Source of the DNA: an uncultured Victivallis sp.
GTDB taxonomy: Bacteria; Verrucomicrobiota; Lentisphaeria; Victivallales; Victivallaceae
Length of the DNA stretch: 64,000 nucleotides
Assembly (NCBI GenBank): GCA_944389895.1
Contig: CALXOA010000062.1
Coordinates: forward strand, 7,073-71,072
Direction of reading: 5' to 3'
Each line of letters starts with the position of its first letter. Positions within the stretch are counted from its first letter, which is position 1. This document shows, piece by piece, positions 18,030 through 29,711 of this stretch. The notes beneath the pieces were generated by a model. That model was not told the DNA's origin and did no database searches. It saw only the letters and a program-made list of their open reading frames with translations. The position numbers were made by a program, and so were the translations under genes.

Positions 18030-19255
18030 CGGTCGAACTCCAGATTACACGTCAGGCAGTCGAGCAGCCGCTCTTCCGCGGCATGCCGTATCTCGTCGTA
18101 CTCTTCCGGAGAAAAGGTGACGCCGTAGGGTCGGAAGAGTCGTCCCTCTTCTTCGAAAACCCCCTCCTGCCGGAGCTCATCGAGAGCCGCCGCCACTTCC
18201 CCCGAGAGCTCGTCCCGCCCGGCGAAATCCGCCGGGTCATACGGCCCACGTGTCTCGATCCGCAGTTCTTCAAGAAAACAACCGGGATGAAATTGTTCCA
18301 GTCGACTCTGAAAAATATCGGAGAGTTCCGCCGGGTCCTGTTCGCGCAGCTCTCTGTTCAGAGCTGCGGCTCCCCGGAGCCTGAGCCGGAGCAGCAACTG
18401 CTTTACTCCCTCAAATTCTGACAACGCTTCCCGCAGCCGGGCGAAAAGCCGCTCGAAATCCGATACGTCGGCGAGATTCGACAGCGTGATCGTCTCAATC
18501 CGGATCGTTTCCAGTTCCCGGAATTCCGGAACGACGTGACCGAAGGCGTCGACTCCGACCAGTACACATCCGCGCGGTCCGGGTTCGTTTACCGCGCGCC
18601 CCTGCGGACAACCCGGATAGACGATGGTCGGCGCTGAAGCCCGCAGCACCGCGTAGTTGTGAACGTGCCCCAGTGCCCAGTAATCCACCGGCAGTCGTGC
18701 CAGTTCCTCAAGAGTGACCGGCGCATAGCAGCCGCCACTGCCGACTTCGGCATGGAGCACACCGATCCGGAACCCCGGCGCGGGAAATTCTCCGAACCGC
18801 CGGGCGAGATTTTCCCCGAGTCTCGGCCGGTCATGGCTGATGCCCCCGAGCCGGGCGATCACCTCTCCCTGCCTTTCCACTGGAAAAAAATCGACCGTTT
18901 CCGTACTGAAGACCTTGACGTTTTCCGGCAACGCCAGAGAACCGGACCACGCATCGGGGCAGGGATCATGATTCCCGGCGGCGATGAATACGGGGATCTT
19001 CCGTTCGGCGAGATGCTGAAGTTCCGTTACGAAGCGGAGGCGCCCCGCCAGCGTCGGCCGGGAACGGTCGAAAAGATCTCCCGCGATCACCAGAAAATCA
19101 ACCTTTTCCACGATCGCCAGTGAGACGATCGCGTGGAATGTATCGAAAGGGGCGGCTGCGAGTTTTTCCGCCAGTTCCGGCCGATTCCGGGCCAGCCCGA
19201 GAAACGGACTGCCCAGATGCAGGTCCGCACAGTGGATGAATTTCAGCGGCTGCAT
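18026..19255 (-). CDS. YhaO/SbcD-like metallophosphoesterase (DNA repair exonuclease family)
   Basis: FIHCADLHLGS, GDLFD, AAGNHD and ALGHVH calcineurin-like phosphoesterase motifs. ATG at 19255 (MQPLKFIHCADLHLG). 4-nt overlap with the downstream ATPase gene. Confidence 0.8.
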   Translation of the reverse strand: MQPLKFIHCADLHLGSPFLGLARNRPELAEKLAAAPFDTFHAIVSLAIVEKVDFLVIAGDLFDRSRPTLAGRLRFVTELQHLAERKIPVFIAAGNHDPCPDAWSGSLALPENVKVFSTETVDFFPVERQGEVIARLGGISHDRPRLGENLARRFGEFPAPGFRIGVLHAEVGSGGCYAPVTLEELARLPVDYWALGHVHNYAVLRASAPTIVYPGCPQGRAVNEPGPRGCVLVGVDAFGHVVPEFRELETIRIETITLSNLADVSDFERLFARLREALSEFEGVKQLLLRLRLRGAAALNRELREQDPAELSDIFQSRLEQFHPGCFLEELRIETRGPYDPADFAGRDELSGEVAAALDELRQEGVFEEEGRLFRPYGVTFSPEEYDEIRHAAEERLLDCLTCNLEFDR

Positions 19256-19284
19256 CGCCCCTCCCTTCCGACCGCACGGAGTGA

Positions 19285-20592
19285 TCAGTGGAGCAGCGGT
19301 TCGCGGTTCTCCATTACATCCACGGTGTCGGCGGGGGTCTTGCCGATGTAGATCTGGCGCGGCCGGACAATCTTTGTTTCTCCGCCGATCATCTCCTTCC
19401 AGTGAGCCACCCACCCCGGCAGACGAGCCAGAGCGAACATCACCGTGAACATGTTTTCGGGAATGCCGAGCGCCCGGTACAGAATGCCGGTGTAGAAGTC
19501 CACATTGGGATAGAGATTGCGTTCGATGAAGTAGGAGTCGTGGAGAGCCGCTTCCTCAACTTCACGTGCCACCTCCAGCAGCGGATCGGTGTAGTGGGTC
19601 CGCTCGAGATAGTCATGACACTCCTTCTTGATGATCGCCGCCCGCGGATCGTAGGTCTTGTAGACGCGGTGACCGAACCCCATCAGTCGGAACGGATTGT
19701 TACGGTCTTTGGCCATGTCGATGAATTTTTTGACGTTGCCGTCGGCCTGGATCATCTTGAGCATCTCGATCACCGCCTGGTTCGCACCGCCGTGCAGCGG
19801 GCCGGAGAGCGCCGAAATGCCGGCGGAGATCGTCGCGTACAGATTCACCTGTGCACTGCCGATCGTCCGGACCGCGGTGGTGGAGCAGTTCTGCTCGTGG
19901 TCGGCATGCAGAATGAAGAGGATATTCAGAATCCGCACCGCTTCCGGATGGATCTGATAGGGGCGCACCGGCGAATCGAACATCATATTGAGGAAGTTCG
20001 CGCAGTACGAAAGGTCGTGCCGGGGATAGACCACCGGTTCTCCGATCGATTTCTTGTAGGCGAAAGCGGCCATCGTGCGTACGATCGAGATCAGGCGGGC
20101 ACTGGACAGATCGATATCTTCAGACATCGACTTCAAATCGACGTTGGGGTAGAAGGCCGCCAGTGCATTGATCATCGTCGACAGGATGTGCATCGGGTGC
20201 GCCCCCTGCGGGAAGTGATCGAAGAAATGTCGCATGTCCTCGTGCAGCATGGAATTTACATTGAGCATCGCCGAGAAGTTGCGCCGCTGCTCTTCATTGG
20301 GGAGTTCCCCGTGCACCAGCAGATAGGCGACCTCGATGAACATTGTTTTGCGGACCAGGTCTTCAATCGGGATCCCCCGGTAACGGAGGATTCCTTTCTC
20401 CCCGTCGATGAAGGTGATCTGACTGTAGCAGGCCGCTGTGTTCATGAAACTCGGGTCGAGTGTGACGTAACCGGTTTCACGGCGCAGAGACCCGATGTCG
20501 ATGGCCTTTTCTCCCTCGGAACCGATCACTACCGGGAGACGGACCGACTTCCCTTCCACTTCCAATGTTACAAAATTGGGACTCTCGTTCAT
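19285..20592 (-). CDS. gltA: Citrate synthase (type II, hexameric-type length)
   Basis: Motifs LHADHEQN, GPLHGGAN and MGFGHRVYKTYDPRA. 435 aa. Confidence 0.92.
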   Translation of the reverse strand: MNESPNFVTLEVEGKSVRLPVVIGSEGEKAIDIGSLRRETGYVTLDPSFMNTAACYSQITFIDGEKGILRYRGIPIEDLVRKTMFIEVAYLLVHGELPNEEQRRNFSAMLNVNSMLHEDMRHFFDHFPQGAHPMHILSTMINALAAFYPNVDLKSMSEDIDLSSARLISIVRTMAAFAYKKSIGEPVVYPRHDLSYCANFLNMMFDSPVRPYQIHPEAVRILNILFILHADHEQNCSTTAVRTIGSAQVNLYATISAGISALSGPLHGGANQAVIEMLKMIQADGNVKKFIDMAKDRNNPFRLMGFGHRVYKTYDPRAAIIKKECHDYLERTHYTDPLLEVAREVEEAALHDSYFIERNLYPNVDFYTGILYRALGIPENMFTVMFALARLPGWVAHWKEMIGGETKIVRPRQIYIGKTPADTVDVMENREPLLH

Positions 20593-20748
20593 CTCGGAAT
20601 CCTCCCTTTTCTCTCGATGATATTCTTCTGCAATAGATGTTTCCCGGGCAGGAAACCGGTACGGATCCTTCCGTGTTTTATTAATATGCCACCGCAGCGG
20701 CGCTTTTTCAAGCGTGTTTCCGCTGGAGAAGGGAGGTCCCCGCGCCGC

Positions 20749-23175
<2,427 letters not shown>

Positions 23176-23216
23176 TGCGGGGCCTCCTGTGTCGAACGAA
23201 TCAGGCAACGACCCGC

Positions 23217-23627
23217 TCAGAACGGTTCATCGAGGATGAAGCCGGTGATCACCGCATGAGCGACCACCTTCTTCTGATCGTTGAATACCTGTACCTGGTA
23301 GACCCCGGTCCGGCGGCCGCGGCTGATTTCCGTCGCCACGGCGCGGAGTTGCCGGCCCGTGCCGGGGCGGACATATGCGACGTTCGCATTGGAGGCCACA
23401 CAGCGGATTCCATAGGCGTTGGATGCTCCGGCGAAAGCGAGATCGGCCAGCGTGAACATCGCGCCTCCCTGTACGGAACCGAGGCCATTGAGTTTTTCCG
23501 GGGTGATGTCCAGAACCGCTTCCGCATAGCCGGGACGGATCGTTTCGAGCCGCATCCCGTTGTATTTACAGAAACGGTCATCGTTGTTCAAGATTTCCAT
23601 GATCTCTTCTGGTTTCATCGGATTCAT
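23217..23627 (-). CDS. PaaI-family hotdog-fold thioesterase
   Basis: ..G.VQGGAMFTLADLAFAGA.. motif and 136-aa size. ATG at 23627 follows GGGGAGG. Its stop is only 41 nt upstream of the copA ATG. Confidence 0.7.
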   Translation of the reverse strand: MNPMKPEEIMEILNNDDRFCKYNGMRLETIRPGYAEAVLDITPEKLNGLGSVQGGAMFTLADLAFAGASNAYGIRCVASNANVAYVRPGTGRQLRAVATEISRGRRTGVYQVQVFNDQKKVVAHAVITGFILDEPF

Positions 23628-23723
23628 CCTCCCCGGGTTCGTTTGCTTTTCCTCAAGTGTGATATAATATACACGGGGAAAAACAATTTTGTACCGGAGA
23701 GCGTAAAAAAAAAGCCGGAAAGG

Positions 23724-23752
23724 TTGAAAAATTTCTTCTGAACTGCTACAGT
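23724..23752 (+). promoter_or_regulatory. Sigma70-type promoter for the NSS transporter gene
   Basis: TTGAAA (23724-23729), 17-nt spacer, TACAGT (23747-23752), in an AT-rich island 47 nt upstream of the ATG. Confidence 0.5.
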
Positions 23753-23798
23753 AATCGGAATTTATTTTTATAACAACAATCAACGACACGGAAAAATC

Positions 23799-25403
23799 AT
23801 GGCTGCCGAAAAACGGGAAAATTGGGGTAGTTCACTCGGGTTCATTCTGGCGATTGCAGGTTCGGCCATCGGTCTGGGCAACGTCTGGAAGTTCCCCTAC
23901 ATCACCGGAATGAACGGTGGCGGCGCTTTTGTGCTGGTCTATCTTTTCTGCATTTTCCTGCTCGGTGTGCCGATCATGCTCTGCGAAATCGCGATCGGCC
24001 GCCGTACCGGGAAGGATGCCTACGGCGCATTCAAAGCTCTGCAGCTTCGCCGTTCCCGGCTGGCGAATCTCTTCGGTGTGATGCTTCTCGCGAGCGGCAT
24101 CTATCTGCTGGCCACCGGCGGTTACGGTTTCGCCTTCATCACACTGGTTTCGGCGCTGTTGCTGCTGAAGATCGGTTTTGCCGCCGTCGGACTCTGGTCG
24201 CTGCTGGCGGCGATGCTGATCCTCTCCTATTACTCGGTCGTCGGCGGCTGGATTCTCGAATATGTCTGGAAATCCTTTTCCGGGGGACTCAATTTCGAAA
24301 ACGTTCAGGATGCCGGGGAGGCGTTCGGCGCGTTTGTTGACAACCCGCATCGTGTCGCCATGTGGCATCTCTTCTTCATGGGATTGGCTGCGCTGATGCT
24401 GATCGGGGGAATCCAGAAGGGAATTGAGCGCTGGTCGAAGATTCTGATGCCTGCACTCTTCCTGCTGCTGGTTGCGGTGTTGATCCGCAGCGTCACGCTG
24501 TCGGGTGCGGGAGCCGGTGCGGATTTCTTTCTGCGCCCCGATTTCTCCAAGCTGAGCGCGGAGGGGGCGCTGGTGGCGCTCGGGCACGCCTTCTACACGC
24601 TCAGTCTTGCGATGGGCATTACGATCACCTACGGCAGTTACCTGGCCAAGGACCGGAACATCTTCAGTTCGGCGCTCTGGGTGGTTCTGCTCGATACCGT
24701 GGTCGCGGTGATGGCCGGCCTGGCGATTTTCCCTGCCGTGTTCGCGATGGGATTTGATCCCGCCGCCGGTCCGGGACTGATCTTCCGGGTGCTCCCGGCA
24801 ACCTTCAACCACTTCCCGGGGGGAATGGGATGGCTCTGGGCCGGATTGTTTTTCCTGATGCTCACCATCGCGGCATTGACCAGTACGGCGGCTCTGCTTG
24901 AGAGCGGAGTCACTTTCCTGATCGATCAGTTCCGGGTGCCCCGCCTGCCGGCGATCCTGCTGGTCTACGTGTCGATCGGCAGTCTGGGGCTTCTGGCGTG
25001 CTACAGCACCACCGGCTGGGAACACATCCCCGGGGTGAAATCATTTCTCGCCGCGGTATTCGGCGGGGATTTTACGGTCAACTACACCAACTGGTTCGAC
25101 CTGCTCGACGCGTTCACCAGCAACTGGATGCTGCCTCTCGGCGGTTTCTTCACGGCAATCTTCGTCGGCTGGATCTGGACGGTCCGCAAGGCGGGGCGCG
25201 AACTGCGTCTCGGCGCCGGGGATGTTGTGGACTCCAACCTGATAACGCTGCTCTCCGGTTTTGCCGGGGAACCGCGTTATCGGATGTCCCGCAACCAGGG
25301 ATTGACCGTGATGACACTCTGGGGACTGCTGATTCGCTATGCGGCTCCGGTGATCATCCTGATACTCTTTTTGAAGGCGGTCGGAGTTCCGGTCGGCTTC
25401 TGA
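23799..25403 (+). CDS. Sodium-dependent transporter, neurotransmitter:sodium symporter (NSS/SNF) family
   Basis: Hallmark N-terminus W.S.LGFILA.AGSAIGLGNVWKFPY and 11-12 TM helices. Confidence 0.88.
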   Translation: MAAEKRENWGSSLGFILAIAGSAIGLGNVWKFPYITGMNGGGAFVLVYLFCIFLLGVPIMLCEIAIGRRTGKDAYGAFKALQLRRSRLANLFGVMLLASGIYLLATGGYGFAFITLVSALLLLKIGFAAVGLWSLLAAMLILSYYSVVGGWILEYVWKSFSGGLNFENVQDAGEAFGAFVDNPHRVAMWHLFFMGLAALMLIGGIQKGIERWSKILMPALFLLLVAVLIRSVTLSGAGAGADFFLRPDFSKLSAEGALVALGHAFYTLSLAMGITITYGSYLAKDRNIFSSALWVVLLDTVVAVMAGLAIFPAVFAMGFDPAAGPGLIFRVLPATFNHFPGGMGWLWAGLFFLMLTIAALTSTAALLESGVTFLIDQFRVPRLPAILLVYVSIGSLGLLACYSTTGWEHIPGVKSFLAAVFGGDFTVNYTNWFDLLDAFTSNWMLPLGGFFTAIFVGWIWTVRKAGRELRLGAGDVVDSNLITLLSGFAGEPRYRMSRNQGLTVMTLWGLLIRYAAPVIILILFLKAVGVPVGF

Positions 25404-25514
25404 AATTCTCCCCTCCCGGAGTGGCGAAGTCGATTGCTGAAAACCTTCGGGGACCGGGCCGATTCCCCGGCGTTTCGAGGGGAAAAGAGACGGCAGGCCG
25501 GAAGGAGGGGAACT

Positions 25515-25940
25515 TCACTCCACCAGCGCTTCCCGGTTACGCTTATATTTGGAACTGGTAGGAACCCCCTGCTGAATCGTCTCTTTGGCCTCTTTGACGT
25601 TCTGTTCGAGCTTTTCGCCGGTCTTTCTCATCAGCCGATCGACGTCGGATTTGTTCTGATTGTAATACCACGAGGCTGCCGCGGCGGCCAGGATGATGAT
25701 CAGAAGAACGATGATTGCACGCCGCCGGGTGCGGAGGTCGGTCCGTCGCTTTTCTTCCAGCGTCCGGTTGACCTGCCCGACGGTTTCCATGGCGTTTTCG
25801 GCGCATGCTTTTGAACAGTAGTTCACCCCATTCCTGCTCACGATGCAGCGTTTGCAGATCGGTTTGCTGCAGGTTGCGCAACGTGTGACCGCAGGAGTAT
25901 CCGGGTGGTTCAGACAGACGCTTTCAAAAAGATCAGCCAT
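25515..25940 (-). CDS. Zinc-ribbon/B-box-like membrane-anchored protein (function unknown)
   Basis: N-terminal Cys/His cluster C..HP...RCATCSKPICKRC.....YCSKAC, one TM helix (AIIVLLIIILAAAAASWYY) and a helical tail. ATG at 25940 is preceded by AAGGAG. Confidence 0.6.
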   Translation of the reverse strand: MADLFESVCLNHPDTPAVTRCATCSKPICKRCIVSRNGVNYCSKACAENAMETVGQVNRTLEEKRRTDLRTRRRAIIVLLIIILAAAAASWYYNQNKSDVDRLMRKTGEKLEQNVKEAKETIQQGVPTSSKYKRNREALVE

Positions 25941-26102
25941 GGTTGCAACTCCTTCTTTGCGTGTTTGGAATGGCCGGAACCGCAAAGGGCCCGTTGCAGA
26001 CTATACCCGCCCCACACCGGTTTTTCAATGGCTTCGGCGTGAGAAAATGCTGATTTTTCAGGAAGCGCTGCCGTTTCCCGTTTCCTCTACCGGAGTTGCC
26101 GG

Positions 26103-27212
26103 TCAGATTTCAATCAGTTCATAGGCGCGGGTGCCGAGTCCGATCTTCTCCGCGTGTTCAAGCTGCAGCTCCCAGTTTGTGGTCGGAGAGACATTCTTGA
26201 AGTGATCATGGTGCGAATCCCCGTGATCCCCGAGCAGACTGTTGCAGAGCGGGGTCTGCCGGTTCACCGCGTCGGCGCAGGCCTGATCGAGCGCGACCGG
26301 ATCGAAGGAGGCGAACATTCCGACGTTCGGCACGATCGGCGCATCGTTTTCCGGGTGGCAGTCGCAATACGGGGAGACATCCATCACGATGCTGATGTGG
26401 AAATGCGGTCGCCCGTGAACCACCGCGAGAGCGTACTCCGCCATCTTCCGGTCAAGCAGTCCCGCCTGCTGTTCCATCGGCGGCTCAACGGCGTCGCGGG
26501 GACACACGCCGATGCAGCGGCCGCAACCGACACATTTCGCATGATCGATCGTCGCTTTCCCGTCATGGAAGGAGGGTGCCCCATGCGCGCAGATGCGGGC
26601 GCAGGCACGGCAGCCGATGCACTTCTCCCGGTTGACCGACGGCTTGCCGTCGCAGTGCTGTTCCATCTTTCCGGCCCGTGAACCGCAGCCCATGCCGATA
26701 TTCTTCAGGGCGCCGCCGAAACCGGTCATTTCATGGCCCTTGAAGTGAGTCAGCGAAAGGAAGATGTCAGCGTCCATCACCGCCCGTCCGATTTTCGCCT
26801 CGCGGACAAGTTCTCCGTTCGGCACCGGAACCGCGACGTCGTCGGTTCCCTTGAGTCCGTCACCGATGATGATGTGGCAGCCGGTCGCATAAGGCGAGAA
26901 ACCGTTCTGATAAGCGGACTCCAGGTGTTCGAGGGCGTCTTTTCTGCGCCCGACGTAGAGTGTATTGCAGTCGGTCAGAAAGGGTTTTCCCCCACGTTTC
27001 TTCACCTCATCGACCACTGCCCGGGCGAAGTTCGGACGCAGAAACGAGAGGTTGCCGGGTTCTCCAAAGTGGATTTTGATTGCGGTGAAACGGCCGTTGA
27101 AATCGATTTTTCCCATTCCCGCCTGTTCGAGCAGGGCGGCGAGTTTGTCCAGCAGATTCCGGCCGTTCGGACGGACCCGCATATCGGTGAAATAGACTTT
27201 CGCTTTTTCCAT
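26103..27212 (-). CDS. DUF362 domain protein with 4Fe-4S ferredoxin-type cluster motifs
   Basis: N-terminus ..IKIHFGEPGN..F.RP...A.V...K..G..PFLTDCNTLY typical of DUF362, plus two CxxCxxCxxxCP-like motifs (CIGCRACARIC, CVGCGRCIGVCP). Confidence 0.8.
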   Translation of the reverse strand: MEKAKVYFTDMRVRPNGRNLLDKLAALLEQAGMGKIDFNGRFTAIKIHFGEPGNLSFLRPNFARAVVDEVKKRGGKPFLTDCNTLYVGRRKDALEHLESAYQNGFSPYATGCHIIIGDGLKGTDDVAVPVPNGELVREAKIGRAVMDADIFLSLTHFKGHEMTGFGGALKNIGMGCGSRAGKMEQHCDGKPSVNREKCIGCRACARICAHGAPSFHDGKATIDHAKCVGCGRCIGVCPRDAVEPPMEQQAGLLDRKMAEYALAVVHGRPHFHISIVMDVSPYCDCHPENDAPIVPNVGMFASFDPVALDQACADAVNRQTPLCNSLLGDHGDSHHDHFKNVSPTTNWELQLEHAEKIGLGTRAYELIEI

Positions 27213-27430
27213 GATTCCGGTTCTCCTCGGAGGTTCTATGGTTCGGAAGGTGGTGATTCATCCTATTACAATACCTCTTCCCGGGCCGGATTGCAAATAT
27301 CGTCACCGGGGAGTATGCGGCGCGTCGTTTCGGAGAAATGCGTTTCTGCGGAACCGGAAGCCGGGAAACAAATTCCGGGTGGAGTCGCATCTCTCCCGCG
27401 ACTCCCGTCCCAGGCATGGAAAATGTTCCT

Positions 27431-28669
27431 TCAATAGACGAGAGATCTGAAATCAGCGACCCTGTGAAGCGTAATCAGGTTGCCGTTGTGGGGAGAGGCC
27501 GCCTCGTCGTCCCCGGAACGGCTCAGAACCAGCAGGTCGTCGCCGTCGATCAACAGCGAGGCGTAATGGCGTGACGCCTTGTCGCGATGCCCGATCGCGA
27601 TCATGCCGGCAAAGCACCAGTCGAAGCCGTTTCGCGAAAAAGAGAGCTGGAGGCGGTTGCGTTCGTTGTTCGGCAGATTGAAACGCTCGTCGGACAACCG
27701 TTCCGGACGGGTGAAGGAGTCGGTTGCCTGGCTGCTGACCAGCCAGTAGAGTTTCGAGACCGGGTCGTAGTCTAGGTGAAATTTCATCTGCCCGCCGGGA
27801 AAGGGGATGTAGAAGAACCGGGCACCGCCGGGGGTGGTGATGTAATCGAGTTTCAGAGAGCCGTCTTCATTTTCAACTCCCTTGAGAACCGCGGCGAGGT
27901 TGCTCGAACCGGTGTGGGCCCGCATGAAAAGGAGGACCGTCCGGTCGGCCGGATCGTAGAACAGGTGGTCGGAGTCGTAAATTCTTACGACACTGGTCTC
28001 CAGGATGCCGGGCGCACCGCACCAGCGGGGATCGTTTCTGCGTCCCGGCACGAGGTCGGCATTGGGAAAGAAGGGAACGCCGAGATCATTCGGGAAACGG
28101 ATTTGCCGGTTGATGTCGAGAGGTTCCGAGAAGGTCCAGTTCGCCGGATCGGTCAGATCGGCGTCTTCACACGCCGCCAGCAGCACCGGTGCGACGTCCG
28201 GCCAGTTCCGGTTGCCCAGCCGCTGTTCATAGGCGACGTAGACCTTGCCGTGACGGTGGTCGATCCGGCCGGCGCTCTGGTGCCACTGGTGCTCCGATTC
28301 GAGTATGGCGGGCGAACTCCAGTGTTCCCCGTTGTCGTCACTCCGACTGATCAGGAGTCGGCCGCTGTGACCGATCACGTAGAGAGCTTTCCCGGCCCGG
28401 AAGATGGTGGCGTGAAGCATCGGCAGCACGGCGGTCCGACGCCAGCTGCGGCCGTGATCGTCGGAGAGGTGAATCTGCAACTGATTGCCGCCGGCGGCGT
28501 CGCCGGAATCGGAATGCGGTCCTTCAAGTTCGGTGATCGCCGGACCGCTGAGATCGAAACTGGCCGCGATCCGGCCGTTGAAAGCATGGCAGAGTGACGG
28601 GGTGTAGCAGTAGATCCCGGCGGGATTCGGTGAACGGAAGAGAACAGACTCCTCTGCAATCGGTTTCAT
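27431..28669 (-). CDS. BNR/Asp-box repeat sialidase-like glycosidase (no signal peptide seen)
   Basis: Asp-box motifs SDDHGRSW and SDDNGEHW and beta-propeller-like repeats. Start is ATG at 28669 (7 nt after AAGGA); ATG at 28675 and the ORF maximum at 28726 are alternatives. Confidence 0.6.
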   Translation of the reverse strand: MKPIAEESVLFRSPNPAGIYCYTPSLCHAFNGRIAASFDLSGPAITELEGPHSDSGDAAGGNQLQIHLSDDHGRSWRRTAVLPMLHATIFRAGKALYVIGHSGRLLISRSDDNGEHWSSPAILESEHQWHQSAGRIDHRHGKVYVAYEQRLGNRNWPDVAPVLLAACEDADLTDPANWTFSEPLDINRQIRFPNDLGVPFFPNADLVPGRRNDPRWCGAPGILETSVVRIYDSDHLFYDPADRTVLLFMRAHTGSSNLAAVLKGVENEDGSLKLDYITTPGGARFFYIPFPGGQMKFHLDYDPVSKLYWLVSSQATDSFTRPERLSDERFNLPNNERNRLQLSFSRNGFDWCFAGMIAIGHRDKASRHYASLLIDGDDLLVLSRSGDDEAASPHNGNLITLHRVADFRSLVY

Positions 28670-28734
28670 GATCATTTCCTTCTCTGATTCCAGACGACAG
28701 TTGAATGTCTGGGAATATAGTTCCACCGTTCCTC

Positions 28735-29586
28735 TTAATCCAGCGGCAGACCGGGAAACGCAAGGATATTTTTCAACAGACCCTGTTGCGCCATCGCATG
28801 TTTGAGCCCCCGGATCACCCCGGGGGTATCGGGGCGGGAGTCATAAAGTTTCTGAAGTTCCAGAATTTCCGCCTGAGCTCTCTTTTCCGCAGCAGCATCA
28901 TTTTTCCGCACAGCCTGGTAGAGGTCTCGGAAGAGTTCCGGGCGGAGATTTGCTCCACCGTTGACACCGCCGTCTCCACCCATCCGGATGGTCGTTGCGG
29001 TCAATGCTTCCGGCCCGGTCAGCAGACTGAAATCCTCGCGGCCGCCCAGACGCCGTATCACATCGGCAAATGCGTTGAGGTCACCGGAACTGTCTTTGTA
29101 TCCGGCAATGCCGGGAATTTTCGCGAGCCGTTCGACGAGCGCGGGGTGCAAAGTGACTTTGGTGAGAGCCGGCATGTTGTAGAGATGGAGCGGCAGCTCT
29201 GTTTCCCCGGCGAGGCGTTCGAAATAGTTGTAAAGTTCCCTGTCGTCGGCGGGCAGGTAGCAGGGGGGAGCCGCGACGACCGCGTCTGCGCCGCATCGGG
29301 CGGCGAAACGGCCGAGTTCGAGCGTTTCCGCGGCGGATGCGCTTGAAACACCGACCAGTACCGGACACCGCCCTGCGACACATTCCATGGCGATTTCCAG
29401 GAACCGGTGCTGTGTTTCGACTGTGAGGGCGGGACCTTCCCCGGTTGAACCGAGCAGAAAGATTGCATCTACACCGCCTTGTATCACGTGATTGATGGTG
29501 TTTCGTGTTCCCCGCGGATCGATGGTGTCCGGGGTCGCCAGCGGGGTGACCAATGGAACGATGATTCCCTGTAATTTCCGTGTCAT
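28735..29586 (-). CDS. DapA-family aldolase (dihydrodipicolinate synthase / N-acetylneuraminate lyase family)
   Basis: GIIVPLVTP.., GVDAIFLLGSTGEG, the YN.P motif (LYNMPALT) and the Schiff-base region ..IAGYKDSSGD. Being next to a sialidase-like gene favours a sugar-acid lyase role. ATG at 29586. Confidence 0.75.
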   Translation of the reverse strand: MTRKLQGIIVPLVTPLATPDTIDPRGTRNTINHVIQGGVDAIFLLGSTGEGPALTVETQHRFLEIAMECVAGRCPVLVGVSSASAAETLELGRFAARCGADAVVAAPPCYLPADDRELYNYFERLAGETELPLHLYNMPALTKVTLHPALVERLAKIPGIAGYKDSSGDLNAFADVIRRLGGREDFSLLTGPEALTATTIRMGGDGGVNGGANLRPELFRDLYQAVRKNDAAAEKRAQAEILELQKLYDSRPDTPGVIRGLKHAMAQQGLLKNILAFPGLPLD

Positions 29587-29711
29587 TTGCAGAACTCTCC
29601 GGTTTTCGGAATAGTATGGTCCCCCGGAGAGGATTTTGCAAGGATCTGAATGAAAACATGTGAAAATTATTTCTGAAACATTCTGAAATATTTCATCTTC
29701 TCGCTCCGTCA

